A stretch of DNA of 64,000 nucleotides from an uncultured Caldilineaceae bacterium (GCA_964560495.1 CAZLMM010000024.1:316-64315), one strand, 5' to 3'; counted from the stretch's first letter, positions 22,518 to 32,358 are shown. A program made the numbers and translations. Notes: generated by a model not told the origin, from the sequence alone.

Positions 22518-23693
22518 ATGACGAACGCTGTGATTGTTTCCGCCGCTCGCACCGCCGTGGGCAGGGCGCCGCGCGGTAGTTTGCGTACTGTGCGCCCGGA
22601 TGATATGGCCGCCGAGGTGGTCAAAGCTGTCGTCGAACGCGCCGGCATAGAGCCGGACGTGGTGGAAGATGTGGTGTTGGGGTGCGCCTTCCCCGAGGCG
22701 GAGCAAGGCATGAACGTAGCGCGCATTGTCGCCTTGCGCGCTGGATTGCCCGAATCGGTCTGCGGCCAGACGGTGAATCGCTTCTGCTCCAGCGGCTTGC
22801 AGACTATTGCCAGCGCAGCCCAGCAGATCATGTCGGGCATGGGTGAAGTCATCATCGCCGGCGGCGTGGAAAGTATGTCCCATGTGCCCATGATCGGCAA
22901 TAAGTTTGTCGCCAATCCTTACCTGGCCGAGGAGTATCCCGGCGTCTATCTGGGCATGGGGTTGACCGCCGAGAATGTGGCAAAGAAGTATGGCGTCAGT
23001 CGCGAAGATCAGGATGCCTTTGCCTTGCGCAGCCATCGGCGCGCCGCCGCCGCGCAGGATGGCGGCAACTTCAACGCCGAAATCATCCCCTTGCAGGTCA
23101 AGATGAAAAGCGGTATGGGCGGCAGTGTCAAAGAGAGCAGCTACATCTTCGACAAGGATGAGGGCGTGCGCCGCGACACATCATCGGAGGCGTTGGCCAA
23201 GCTCAAGCCAGCTTTCGCTGCCAGCGGGACGGTCACTGCCGGCAATAGCAGCCAGACCAGCGACGGCGCTGCCGCAGTGTTGCTCATGAGCGAGGAGCGA
23301 GCCAACGCGCTGGGGCTAAAGCCGTTGGCGCGCTTCATCAGCTTTGCCGTGGGAGGCGTCTCGCCCGAGTACATGGGCATCGGCCCCATTGCAGCCGTGC
23401 CAAAGGCGCTCAAGCTGGCAGGGATGAGCCTGGGCGACATCGACCTCATCGAACTCAACGAGGCTTTCGCCGCGCAGGGGCTGGCGGTGATCCGCGAGCT
23501 GGATTTTGACGAGGAGATCACCAACGTCAACGGCGGCGCCATCGCCCTGGGACATCCCCTGGGCTGCACCGGCGCCAAGCTCACCGTGCAGATTTTGTAC
23601 GAGCTGGCGCGCCGCGACAAGAACGTCGGCCTGGTGACCATGTGCATCGGCGGCGGCATGGGCGCAGCGGGGATCATTGAACGGCTGAATTGA
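22518..23693 (+). CDS. acetyl-CoA C-acyltransferase (thiolase)
   Basis: 391-aa ORF with active-site region 'NRFCSSGLQ' and C-terminal '[16 protein letters not shown]' plus 'CIGGGMG'. Confidence 0.92.
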   Translation: MTNAVIVSAARTAVGRAPRGSLRTVRPDDMAAEVVKAVVERAGIEPDVVEDVVLGCAFPEAEQGMNVARIVALRAGLPESVCGQTVNRFCSSGLQTIASAAQQIMSGMGEVIIAGGVESMSHVPMIGNKFVANPYLAEEYPGVYLGMGLTAENVAKKYGVSREDQDAFALRSHRRAAAAQDGGNFNAEIIPLQVKMKSGMGGSVKESSYIFDKDEGVRRDTSSEALAKLKPAFAASGTVTAGNSSQTSDGAAAVLLMSEERANALGLKPLARFISFAVGGVSPEYMGIGPIAAVPKALKLAGMSLGDIDLIELNEAFAAQGLAVIRELDFDEEITNVNGGAIALGHPLGCTGAKLTVQILYELARRDKNVGLVTMCIGGGMGAAGIIERLN

Positions 23694-23710
23694 GGGGTGG
23701 AGAGGTATTG

Positions 23711-23746
23711 CAGGGTGGCAGGTTTCGACTTGCCACCCTGTTTTTG
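23711..23746 (+). terminator. Rho-independent terminator after the thiolase gene
   Basis: Stem cagggtggca (23711..23720) pairs with tgccaccctg (23731..23740), with a 10-nt loop and a following TTTTTG run. Lies 18 nt after the stop codon. Confidence 0.8.
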
Positions 23747-23907
23747 TACTGAAATTCCACGACTTGGGCAAAGTGATGGGATCTGTATCCAAGAAGATGC
23801 AACGCAAACTTTTCAGGCGATCACCCAGCTCCACGATATCTCTCGGATTTTCTGGATCTGTTCATCCGTCCGCCAGCGTTGTTTCAACCGTAGCCCATGC
23901 TGTCGCC

Positions 23908-25002
23908 TTATGTTGGGCGAGGCCACGCCACACCCACCTCATCAGCCAGACGCCGCAGGTCATCATAGACCTCTGGATCCAGGGGTGCGCCGTCCCGCAG
24001 CTTTTCCTGCTGGCGACGCCATTCCAGCTCGCCCGGCAGCAAAATCTCTTTGACGCCCGGACGTGGGCGACTGGCTTTGACCATGCGGATGAAGTCATGG
24101 AGATTGGCGTAGAATTGGCTTCGCTCCATGAACCAGTCGATGTGATAGGCGATGAACTGATGCGCCACCTCCTGACGCGCCGGGTCGCTGTAGGGGATGA
24201 CCCCATAGCCGCCGCCGCTCAGCACTCCCGTCAGCACGTCGGTGATGAGGCTCAACGCATAGCCTTTGTACTCGCCCATGGGCAGCAGCGCGCCGTCCAT
24301 GGCTGCGGCGGGGTCATCCGTCGTTTGCCCATCAGGGGTGATAGCCCAGTTGGTCGGCATCTTCTTCCCGTCGCGCAGCAGCCAGCGCATCATGCCCTTG
24401 CCCGCAGTGGTGAGCGCCATGTCCAGGATGATGGGCATGGCATCGGGTGTATCGCCGGTGGGCACGGCCACGGCCCACGGGTTGGTGCCGACCACACCAT
24501 CGATGCCGCCCCACGGCGCCATCTCCGGCCCTGCATTGGTCATGCTCACGCCGATGCAGCCGGCAGCCAACGCCTGGCTGGCCGAGTAGCTGGCCGAGCC
24601 GAAGTGGGTGCTGTGGCGCACGACCACGATGCCCACACCGCACTTCTGCGCCTTTGCGATGGCCAGGCGCATGGCCTTCACCGCCATGACGGTGCCAGGG
24701 CCGTTGTGGGCGTCCACCAGCGCCAATGCCGGAGATTCCTTGACGACATCGAAGGGCGCATTGGGATTGACATGGCGCAGCCGAACGCGCTCCACATAGG
24801 CGCGCACCCGGCGCACGCCCTGTCCCTGACCCTGCAGGTTGCGCAACTCGCTGGCGACCAACGCGTCGGCGATGATGTCGGCGTCTTCAGGCGCCAGATC
24901 CGTCGTGCGCAAGATCGCTTGCGTCACTTCGGCCAATGTATGAACCGCTACAAATCGCAATGGAATCTGTTCGGTCTTGTAGTCGGCGCTGTATTCACTC
25001 AT
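23908..25002 (-). CDS. Ldh_2 family oxidoreductase (malate/L-lactate/ureidoglycolate dehydrogenase type 2)
   Basis: ORF 23908..25458 trimmed to ATG 25002 ('MSEYSADYK'). Motif 'RHSTHFGSASYSA' resembles the family's HFG signature. About 364 aa, typical for the family. Confidence 0.7.
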   Translation of the reverse strand: MSEYSADYKTEQIPLRFVAVHTLAEVTQAILRTTDLAPEDADIIADALVASELRNLQGQGQGVRRVRAYVERVRLRHVNPNAPFDVVKESPALALVDAHNGPGTVMAVKAMRLAIAKAQKCGVGIVVVRHSTHFGSASYSASQALAAGCIGVSMTNAGPEMAPWGGIDGVVGTNPWAVAVPTGDTPDAMPIILDMALTTAGKGMMRWLLRDGKKMPTNWAITPDGQTTDDPAAAMDGALLPMGEYKGYALSLITDVLTGVLSGGGYGVIPYSDPARQEVAHQFIAYHIDWFMERSQFYANLHDFIRMVKASRPRPGVKEILLPGELEWRRQQEKLRDGAPLDPEVYDDLRRLADEVGVAWPRPT

Positions 25003-25064
25003 CGTTGCACCTCGAACGAACTCAGCCACAAGCAACGCAGAACGCACAAAAATTCTCGTTGATG

Positions 25065-26003
25065 TCACCGCCCGCGCAGCCGCGGGTCGAGAAAATCGCG
25101 CAACCAATCGCCCAGGATGTTCAACGAGAGCACCGTGAACATGATAGCCAGCCCGGGGAAGAGCGCCAGCCACCAGAAGCCGCCCAGGAGTTGGTCGCGG
25201 CTTTCGGCCAGCATCCCGCCCCAGGTGGGCACCTCTGGCGGCACGCCCAACCCCAGAAAGGAGAGCGCTGCCTCGGACAGAATGACGCCCGCCACGTTGA
25301 ACGATGCGATGACGATCAGCGGCGCCAGGATGTTGGGCAGGATAGCCCGCCCGACGATGCGCCGATGATTGACGCCGACAGCTCGGGCTGAATCCACGTA
25401 ATCCTTGCGCTTTTGGGCGATGGTTTCGCCGCGCGCAATGCGCGCATAAACGACCCACTGGCCCACTGCCAGGATGATCACCAGGTTCAGCAGACCCGAA
25501 CCGAGGATGACAAGCACCAAAATCGCCAACAAGATGAAGGGAAACGCCAGCTGCACGTCGGCCAGTCGCATGATCACATCATCGGTTCGCCCGCCGGTGT
25601 AGCCGCCGACTACGCCCAGGCTGACGCCGATGAGGCCGCCGATGGCGACGGCCGCCACGCCCACCGCCAGAGAGACTCGCGCGCCATAGACGAGCCGAGA
25701 GAGAACATCACGGCCCAGCCCATCAGAACCCAGAATGAAGGTAAACGAATGGTCGGCAATCTGCACCTCGGTCATGGGGGGCTTGAGGCGCAGGATCAAG
25801 TTCTGGCGATTGGGGTCGGCAGGGGCCAGTTGCGGTGCAAAGAGCGCGGCAATCACCAGGAACGCCAGGATCATGATTGCCAATAAAGGCCAGCGCGCCC
25901 GCAGCAGACTGGTCCATGCCTTGGCAGCATCGGAAGGCTGTCGCCGCGTTGGCGCAACGGGCATACTCGCATCTGTCTCGGGCGCCATCGTCTGGTTCGT
26001 CAT
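25065..26003 (-). CDS. peptide/nickel-type ABC transporter permease (DppC/OppC-like)
   Basis: 312-aa multi-TM ORF with an EAA-loop-like 'DSARAVGVNHRRIV', downstream of a DppB-like gene. Confidence 0.85.
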   Translation of the reverse strand: MTNQTMAPETDASMPVAPTRRQPSDAAKAWTSLLRARWPLLAIMILAFLVIAALFAPQLAPADPNRQNLILRLKPPMTEVQIADHSFTFILGSDGLGRDVLSRLVYGARVSLAVGVAAVAIGGLIGVSLGVVGGYTGGRTDDVIMRLADVQLAFPFILLAILVLVILGSGLLNLVIILAVGQWVVYARIARGETIAQKRKDYVDSARAVGVNHRRIVGRAILPNILAPLIVIASFNVAGVILSEAALSFLGLGVPPEVPTWGGMLAESRDQLLGGFWWLALFPGLAIMFTVLSLNILGDWLRDFLDPRLRGR

Positions 26004-26171
26004 GGTTCAGATCCATGCCCAAACGCGCTGAACAATGAAGATGTCCATGTGTTCCCTGCGCTCTTCGTGATTCATCATCTTCAGGTCAGGCCACATGTCC
26101 CTTCGGACACAAATAACAGAGAAAATGGCGCAAGTAACTTGTGACTCGTTACGAGTCGCAGACGATTGTCT

Positions 26172-27149
26172 TCAGGTCAGCCGGATACGCGGGTCGATCA
26201 TCGTATAGACCACGTCCACCGCCAGGTTGAGCAGCACAAAGAGCAGCGAAAAGACGACGACCGCAGCCTGCACAACCGGGATGTCGCGCTGGTTGATGGC
26301 GTTGAAGACCAGCCGCCCCACGCCCGGCCACGAAAAGACCGTCTCGATGACTACAACACCGCTGAGCAGAAAGCCAAATTCCAACCCCACAATGGTAATG
26401 AACGGGATGAGCGCGTTGCGAAAAGCATGACGCCCGATGACGGTGCGACCGGCCAACCCCTTGGCGCGCGCCGTCGTCACGTAGTCTTGACCTAACACTT
26501 CCAACATGGAAGAGCGGATCAGGCGCGAGTTGCGCGACAATGAGAAGACCGCCAGACAGATGCCGGGCAAAATGACATGGCGCGCCGCTTCGGGCAGATT
26601 GGCGACCGCAGTCTGAAAATCTCCGGCCAACAACGGCTGGATCACCGGCACATGGCCGGAAATAGGCAGCCATCTCAGCCACAAACCTACAAACAGGATC
26701 AACATGATGCCAAGCCAGAAGCTGGGCATGGACTGACCAATCATGGCGAAGAGCATGACGCCGCCGTCCCACGCTGTGCCGCGGCGCGTGGCAGAAAAAA
26801 TGCCGATGGGGATGGCGAGGCTTACTGCCACAAAGATAGCGAAAAAGGTCAGTTCCAGGGTGGCGGGCATGCGTTCCATCACCAGGGCAAAGGCCGGCGT
26901 GCGAGAGCGCAGCGAATTGCCCAGGTCGAGGCGGGCAAGCCCCCAAAGATAGTTGGCGTATTGCACGTAGAGCGGCTTGTCAAAACCGAGCTTGGCGCGT
27001 GTAGCCGCCACCTCTTCCTCCGTGGCGCGTTCAGAAACATATAGGTAGGTTGGGTCGCCGGCCAGGTGCAACGCAAAAAAGGTCAGCAGCGTAACGCCGA
27101 TGATCACCAACACCATTTGCAACAAGCGACGCACCAGGTAAGTCGTCAT
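26172..27149 (-). CDS. peptide/nickel-type ABC transporter permease (DppB/OppB-like)
   Basis: N-terminus 'MTTYLVRRLLQMVLVIIGVTLLTF' and 'TARAKGLAGRTVIGRHAFRNALIP' are typical of the family. Confidence 0.85.
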   Translation of the reverse strand: MTTYLVRRLLQMVLVIIGVTLLTFFALHLAGDPTYLYVSERATEEEVAATRAKLGFDKPLYVQYANYLWGLARLDLGNSLRSRTPAFALVMERMPATLELTFFAIFVAVSLAIPIGIFSATRRGTAWDGGVMLFAMIGQSMPSFWLGIMLILFVGLWLRWLPISGHVPVIQPLLAGDFQTAVANLPEAARHVILPGICLAVFSLSRNSRLIRSSMLEVLGQDYVTTARAKGLAGRTVIGRHAFRNALIPFITIVGLEFGFLLSGVVVIETVFSWPGVGRLVFNAINQRDIPVVQAAVVVFSLLFVLLNLAVDVVYTMIDPRIRLT

Positions 27150-27165
27150 GGGGCAGTGTTCAATC

Positions 27166-27226
27166 GTGCGTCGCCGACGCTACGTTTGCCCTGGCGAGCG
27201 GGGCAAGCGCAGCGTCGGCGACGCAC
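27166..27226 (-). other. intercistronic stem-loop (16-bp perfect outer stem) between SBP and permease genes
   Basis: gtgcgtcgccgacgct (27166..27181) pairs with agcgtcggcgacgcac (27211..27226). Inner ttgccc/gggcaa pairing is also present. Confidence 0.8.
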
Positions 27227-27243
27227 AGGGGAAAGTTAGCGGC

Positions 27244-28872
27244 TTATTGCGGGCTGGCTGTTGTCACGTCGATGATCTCGTCGCGGCGGGGCTGCCAATT
27301 CACGTCATTGCCAACGCCGTAGAAGTCGGGTTGGAAGTACATGAAGAGCCAGGGTGGATCATTGTACATGACTTCCAACATGCGGTCCGTGATCTCCTTC
27401 TCCTGCACCGGGTCGCGTGTGGCAGCCAGTTCGGTCCAGCCAGCGAACCAGTCTGGGTTGTTCCATTCGGTGTAGTTGGTGGCCGCATCGGGTTTGGAGA
27501 TGTCCGACATATCGTAGACCGCGCTCCACGTGCTGCCGCCAGTGCCCACGAAGAAGAGCGGGCCAACTTTGTGCTCGCGCAAGAGCGGTACGAACTCGGA
27601 GCCCCACTCCATTTGCTGTAAATTCACCTTGACGCCCACATCGGTCAGATATTGGGCGATTGCCTGGACGACGGCCACATCATTCAGATAGCGCCCTTTG
27701 CCAGCCATCATGCCCATCTCGAAACGGACGCCATCGGGTCCAGCGGGATAGCCCGCCTCGTCCAGCAGTTGCTTCGCCATTTCGGGGTCGTAGGGATAGG
27801 GTTGTAAATTGGCGTTGTTATTGGGCGGGTTGACCATACTCGAGGCGCGCTCACAGTCGAAGGCGAGGAGCGTCTGGCAGATGGTGGGCACATCCACGGC
27901 GTATTGCAGGGCGACGCGCACTTTGGGGTCTTGGAGAATCTGGCCGTCGGGTGTGCCGCTGAATTCGTCGCCCAGGTTGTAGCCAACGTACATCCGTCGG
28001 GTGCCAGAGACGCCTTTCACCTGGGCTGCGCCGCTGTCGTTGATGGCCTGGTGCTGGTCAGGCGGCACATTGGTGATGACGTCCACGTTGCCGGCGATCA
28101 GTTCAGCCGAGCGCGTCGAAGCTTCGGGAATGACCTTCCATTCCAGCTCATCATAGGCCACATCTTTGAGCGGGTAGTCAGCCACCTTTTCCAGCAGAAC
28201 ATGATCGTCCTTCACCCATTCCACGAACTTGTACGGACCGGAGCCGATGGGGGTGGCCGCGGCGTCCTCCAGGCTCATGGCCGAGTACGAGTCTTTACAG
28301 TGGATGAAGGCTTCGGAGATCAGACCCAGAGCCGGCGATGTGTACAGACCCATGAGGATGGTCACTTCCAGGTCGCTGTCCACCCGCACGCCCTGATAGT
28401 CGATGGCGTCCAAAACGAAGCCCGCCGTGTTGCCGGTGAAGCCATTGGCGTCGTCCGCCGCACGCTCGAAGGTGTAGGCCACATCCTCGGCGGTCAGCGG
28501 CTCGCCATCGTGACAGGTGAGACCTTCCTTGAGCTTGAAAGTCATCTCTTTGCCGTCTTCCGAGAGGGTGTATGATTCTGCCAGGTACGGGTCAAGGGAA
28601 CCGCTCTCGGTGATCTCGAAAAGCGTGGCGTACATGTGGGTGAAAATGTTGGATTCGGCGCGGGAGTTGACGTTCGACGGTTCCAACCCCTGGACATCCA
28701 CCGACTGGGCGATCACCAGTCGGCTCTTTTCGCCCGCTGGCTGCTCGGCAGCTGCGCCGGTGTCGGCGGCGGGAGCGGCGGGCGCAGCCGGCATGGCGGC
28801 GCAGGCCGTGAGCATCGCCATTACGCCGGCCATGAGGCCCACGATCCAGCCCTTTTGTCTACGTGTGGTCAT
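27244..28872 (-). CDS. ABC transporter substrate-binding protein, family 5 (peptide/opine/nickel type), probable lipoprotein
   Basis: ORF 27244..28968 trimmed to ATG 28872 behind AGGAGG. Signal peptide with 'MLTACAA'; about 540 aa, as in DppA/OppA-like proteins. Confidence 0.85.
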   Translation of the reverse strand: MTTRRQKGWIVGLMAGVMAMLTACAAMPAAPAAPAADTGAAAEQPAGEKSRLVIAQSVDVQGLEPSNVNSRAESNIFTHMYATLFEITESGSLDPYLAESYTLSEDGKEMTFKLKEGLTCHDGEPLTAEDVAYTFERAADDANGFTGNTAGFVLDAIDYQGVRVDSDLEVTILMGLYTSPALGLISEAFIHCKDSYSAMSLEDAAATPIGSGPYKFVEWVKDDHVLLEKVADYPLKDVAYDELEWKVIPEASTRSAELIAGNVDVITNVPPDQHQAINDSGAAQVKGVSGTRRMYVGYNLGDEFSGTPDGQILQDPKVRVALQYAVDVPTICQTLLAFDCERASSMVNPPNNNANLQPYPYDPEMAKQLLDEAGYPAGPDGVRFEMGMMAGKGRYLNDVAVVQAIAQYLTDVGVKVNLQQMEWGSEFVPLLREHKVGPLFFVGTGGSTWSAVYDMSDISKPDAATNYTEWNNPDWFAGWTELAATRDPVQEKEITDRMLEVMYNDPPWLFMYFQPDFYGVGNDVNWQPRRDEIIDVTTASPQ

Positions 28873-29068
28873 GGTTAGTTGTCCTCCTGTTGAAATGAGT
28901 AAGGCAATACGAACTGAAACGACTACCACTGCAAAACTGCGGTTGCTCTCGAATCCAGAAGTTTTCACAAATCAAGAACTCCTGGTTTCAAATACAGCCA
29001 AGTGTAAAGTCGACCCGCTGGCGCGACGCCCTGGCAGATCAGGGGAACCCGTCAAAGCGACGCGCTGA

Positions 29069-29098
29069 TTGGCGCGCATCTACTATCTATGATATAAC
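29069..29098 (+). promoter_or_regulatory. possible promoter for the M14/M24/M20 peptidase genes
   Basis: TTGGCG (29069..29074), an 18-nt spacer, then TATAAC (29093..29098) with an extended -10 TG at 29090..29091. The -10 region 'atgatataactc' parallels 'atgatacactcc' at 44996..45007. Confidence 0.35.
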
Positions 29099-29108
29099 TC
29101 GTTCAGTA

Positions 29109-29130
29109 ATTTGTCAACTGTCAACAGTTG
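29109..29130. promoter_or_regulatory. operator-like repeat, copy 1 (candidate GntR site)
   Basis: 22-nt perfect match to 45016..45037, again starting 10 nt after a -10-like hexamer. Lies between the divergent SBP (28872, minus) and M14 (29164, plus) starts. Confidence 0.6.
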
Positions 29131-29163
29131 GCAATCGTTATCGTTCTCGCCTACAGAGGAATC

Positions 29164-30906
29164 ATGCCCGCGCCACAGCTTCGCCCCACCTTCGACCACT
29201 ACCTTGACTACGCCGCCTTGACCGCTGCCGTCCATGAGCTGGCTGCGGCCTATCCGCGTTTCGTTCGGCTGCACGCCATCGGCCACAGCCACCGGGGGCG
29301 CGCCATCTGGCTGCTGGAAATCAGCAACTGGGCCACAGGCGACGAGACGGTCAAATCTGGCTACTACATCGACGCCAACATTCACGCCGAGGAGATCTGC
29401 GGAACCTCCGTGGCGCTCTATACGGCCTGGGCTTTGGTCAGCGACTACGGTCGCGACCCGTTGGTCACTCGCCTGTTGGATGAGCAGATCTTCTACATCG
29501 TCCCACGGGTCAACCCCGACGGCGCAGAGATCGTGCAGACGCTGCCCTTCTATGAGTGGATCGGCAACGGGCGCTATCTGCCGGGCGAGGAGCAGTTCGG
29601 ACCGGGTCTGCACTATGCCGACGTCAACAATGATGGCTTGATCGTGGACATGCGCATCCGCGACGACGCCGGCGAGTGGAAGGTGAGCGAACACGACCCG
29701 CGGCTCATGCTGCCGCGCGCGCCGGACGAAACGGGCGGCGTCTACTACCGGATCGTGCCAGAAGGCGTCCTGATCGATTGGGACGGCGGCGACTTCGTGA
29801 TCCTGCGGCCGCAGGATGGCAATCTCAATCGCAACTACCCTTCCAACTGGGTCCCCGAGAGCCAGCAATACGGCTCGGGTGAGTATCCGCTGAGCGAACC
29901 GGAGATCGCCGCAGTAGTGCGCTGGATCCTGGATCATCCCAACATTGCCGGCATGCAGTGCTATCACAGCCACAGCGGCGTGATCCTGCGACCCTGGCTG
30001 ACTTTCCCGGATTCCCATTTCCTGGGCGAAGACAAGCTCCTCTACCAGATGATCGGCGCAATGGGCGTGGCTGAAACCGGCTACCCCCTCATCTCTGTCT
30101 ACGAAGACTTCACGCCAGACAAGAATCTCAAACGCTACGGCTCCTCCATCGACTGGAGCTTTGGCAGCCTGGGTATCCCCACCTTCAGCACCGAGTTGTG
30201 GGATGTCTTCAAGGCCGCCGGCATCCAGCGCGATGACTATTATCCCTTGCGCAACTTCCCCGAGTGCGACTGGCTCAAGCTGTTGCACTGGCAGGACGAG
30301 GCGCTGGGCGGCGACGGTTTTATGCCCTGGACGCCCTTCGACCATCCCCAATTGGGGCCGGTCGAAATCGGCGGCTGGCGGCGCATGTTTACCTTTCGCA
30401 ACCCGCCGCCGGCGCGTTACCTGGAAGAGATGGCGCGCGTCAACTGCCGCTTCACCCTGCGCCACGCCGCCTGTGCGCCACAGTTGCGCCTGCGCGACCT
30501 CGCCGTGACGCCTGTCGGCGGCGACCTGTGGCAGGTGAGCGCCGTTGTCGACAACATGGGCTTCCTGCCCACGAACCTGAGCGCACAGGCTGTGGCTATG
30601 CACGAGGCAAAACCGGTCGTTGCCGAACTGACCGGGCCGCCAGGGATGACATTCGTGCAGGGTGCGGCGCGCACTGATCTCGGTCATCTAGCCGGCCGCG
30701 GGCAGCGCCACACCGCGTACTCGCGTTTCTACGACTGGCCGGCTTCGGCGCGGGCGGTGAAGTGGATCGTGCGGCTGCCGGCGGGTGAAGCGGTTGAACT
30801 GATGTTGCGCGCCGGCTGTCTGCGGGCAGGGATGGTGGCAGCGACAGTCCGCATCGACGGGCAAGGCGTTGTACACATCGAACTGCCCAACGCGACGTCC
30901 GGCTAG
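29164..30906 (+). CDS. M14 family zinc carboxypeptidase-like protein
   Basis: ORF 29128..30906 with preferred ATG at 29164. Zinc motif HxxE in 'DANIHAEE', preceded by 'GHSHRGRAIWLLEIS', which is typical of the M14 N-terminal region. Confidence 0.75.
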   Translation: MPAPQLRPTFDHYLDYAALTAAVHELAAAYPRFVRLHAIGHSHRGRAIWLLEISNWATGDETVKSGYYIDANIHAEEICGTSVALYTAWALVSDYGRDPLVTRLLDEQIFYIVPRVNPDGAEIVQTLPFYEWIGNGRYLPGEEQFGPGLHYADVNNDGLIVDMRIRDDAGEWKVSEHDPRLMLPRAPDETGGVYYRIVPEGVLIDWDGGDFVILRPQDGNLNRNYPSNWVPESQQYGSGEYPLSEPEIAAVVRWILDHPNIAGMQCYHSHSGVILRPWLTFPDSHFLGEDKLLYQMIGAMGVAETGYPLISVYEDFTPDKNLKRYGSSIDWSFGSLGIPTFSTELWDVFKAAGIQRDDYYPLRNFPECDWLKLLHWQDEALGGDGFMPWTPFDHPQLGPVEIGGWRRMFTFRNPPPARYLEEMARVNCRFTLRHAACAPQLRLRDLAVTPVGGDLWQVSAVVDNMGFLPTNLSAQAVAMHEAKPVVAELTGPPGMTFVQGAARTDLGHLAGRGQRHTAYSRFYDWPASARAVKWIVRLPAGEAVELMLRAGCLRAGMVAATVRIDGQGVVHIELPNATSG

Positions 30907-30946
30907 TACAGGTGGCCTTCAATAGGGCCAGGGTATTGTCCTGCGC

Positions 30947-31090
30947 GAGATGCTTCGCTGGCGCTCCGTAGAAACTCTCGCCGGCGCCAGATGCTTCACT
31001 GGCGTAGATGCTTCACTACGTTCAGCATGACAAAGGCGGTGTCTCTTGCCCGCGCTATGCCACGCGGGGAATTGAAAACTCAGCATGACA
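30947..31090. repeat. cluster of short direct repeats (AGATGCTTC(A/G)CT x3; TCAGCATGACA x2)
   Basis: gagatgcttcgctggcg (30947..30963), cagatgcttcactggcg (30988..31004), tagatgcttcactacg (31005..31020), ttcagcatgaca (31021..31032) and ctcagcatgaca (31079..31090). Confidence 0.8.
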
Positions 31091-31139
31091 ACCATTGGGT
31101 TACTTCCGCCCACGTACACTAGGCAATTTTGGGAGGTGA

Positions 31140-32321
31140 ATGATGCAACCAACGACCACAGCGTTTCGCCCCGTCTATCTCGGCGCGGGCTTCTACCGCG
31201 ACCGCGTTGCCCAGTTGCAGCGATCAGTGGGCGCGGTCGGTCTCGACGGCCTGCTGCTCCTAAACCCGGCCAATCTCATGTGGGCGACAGGCTTTTTCCA
31301 CATTCCCAACGAGCGGCCCATCGGTCTGTATTTGCCAGCCAGCGGCGCGCCGATACTCTTCGTGCCCTTCCTCGAAAAAGAGAACGCCGAAGAGAGCTGG
31401 ATCGCCGACATCCGCTGGTACCTCGAATACCCAGGCGAGACGCCAGCCGAGGTGTGGATGGTGAAGCAGATTGCCGAGGAGCGTATTGGCGTGGATGCAG
31501 CCAGCCAGCGCACTTTCTCCGCTTTGGCCGCTATCAAACCAGGGCTGACGTTGGACGACACAGTGAGCCAGGCCCGCTACATCAAGACAGAGGCCGAGAT
31601 CGAGCTGACGCGCCTGGCTGCGGGCTACGCCGATTATGGGCTGGCCGTCGCCCGCCGGGCTGTGGCCGACGGGCTGCACAGCGGCGTCACTGAGCTGGAT
31701 GTGGTGCAGATTGTTCAGGCCGAGACGACCGCTCGCATGAAGGCCGAACTGGCGGACCTAGTCAACTTCTACCGCGGCGCGGTCAGCCTGACGGCTCACG
31801 CCGGTGCACGCGGCGCGCTGCCCCACGGCCAGCCCGGCCCGGTCGCCATCAAGCCGGGCGATACGCTTATTGTTGGCATCGGCGTCAAGGTGGGCGGCTA
31901 TCACGCCGAGAGCGGCTGCACCTTTGTCGTCGGCGAACCAAGCGCCGATCAACGCTGCTGCCTGGAGGCGACCTGGGCCTGCGACCAAGCCGTCTTGGCT
32001 GCCCTCAAGCCGGGCGCGCTGTGCAGCGCAGTCAACGAAGCGGCCTGGGCGACTCTGCGTGAACATGGCTACGGCGACTTCATCCGCCATCGCATCGGCC
32101 ACGGCATGGGCGTGGAAGGGCACGAGGCGCCCTGGCTGTCCATCGGCGACGCGACGCTTGTGATGGAAAGTATGGTCTTTTCCAACGAGCCGGGCATCTA
32201 TCGCCCCGGCGTTGACGGCTATCGCATCATCGACAGCATGGTGGTCACTGCCACCGGCGCCGAGCGGCTCAGCCGCTATCTCGCCGCCCACGGTCCAGAT
32301 GACCGGGTGATTCCGGTTTGA
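31140..32321 (+). CDS. M24 family peptidase (Xaa-Pro peptidase/creatinase fold)
   Basis: 393-aa ORF with GGGAGG RBS. Pita-bread motifs 'HRIGHGMGVEGHE' and 'SNEPGIY'. Confidence 0.85.
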   Translation: MMQPTTTAFRPVYLGAGFYRDRVAQLQRSVGAVGLDGLLLLNPANLMWATGFFHIPNERPIGLYLPASGAPILFVPFLEKENAEESWIADIRWYLEYPGETPAEVWMVKQIAEERIGVDAASQRTFSALAAIKPGLTLDDTVSQARYIKTEAEIELTRLAAGYADYGLAVARRAVADGLHSGVTELDVVQIVQAETTARMKAELADLVNFYRGAVSLTAHAGARGALPHGQPGPVAIKPGDTLIVGIGVKVGGYHAESGCTFVVGEPSADQRCCLEATWACDQAVLAALKPGALCSAVNEAAWATLREHGYGDFIRHRIGHGMGVEGHEAPWLSIGDATLVMESMVFSNEPGIYRPGVDGYRIIDSMVVTATGAERLSRYLAAHGPDDRVIPV

Positions 32322-32358
32322 ATAGGATGTATTCAAAATCAGTTACAAGTGGTCATTC

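Noticed and set aside
26078-26180. 12-nt direct repeat tcttcaggtcag (26078..26089 and 26169..26180) in and near the long DppB/DppC spacer, possibly a duplicated remnant of the DppB 3' end
   Set aside because: It is too short to distinguish from chance or to interpret. No extended similarity surrounds the 12-mer.
29083-30687. 534-aa minus-strand ORF opposite the M14 gene; likewise 23764..25062 (+) opposite Ldh_2 and 60415..61500 (-) opposite Gfo/Idh/MocA
   Set aside because: All are antisense shadows of motif-bearing genes. 23764..25062 would also run through the convergent terminator region.
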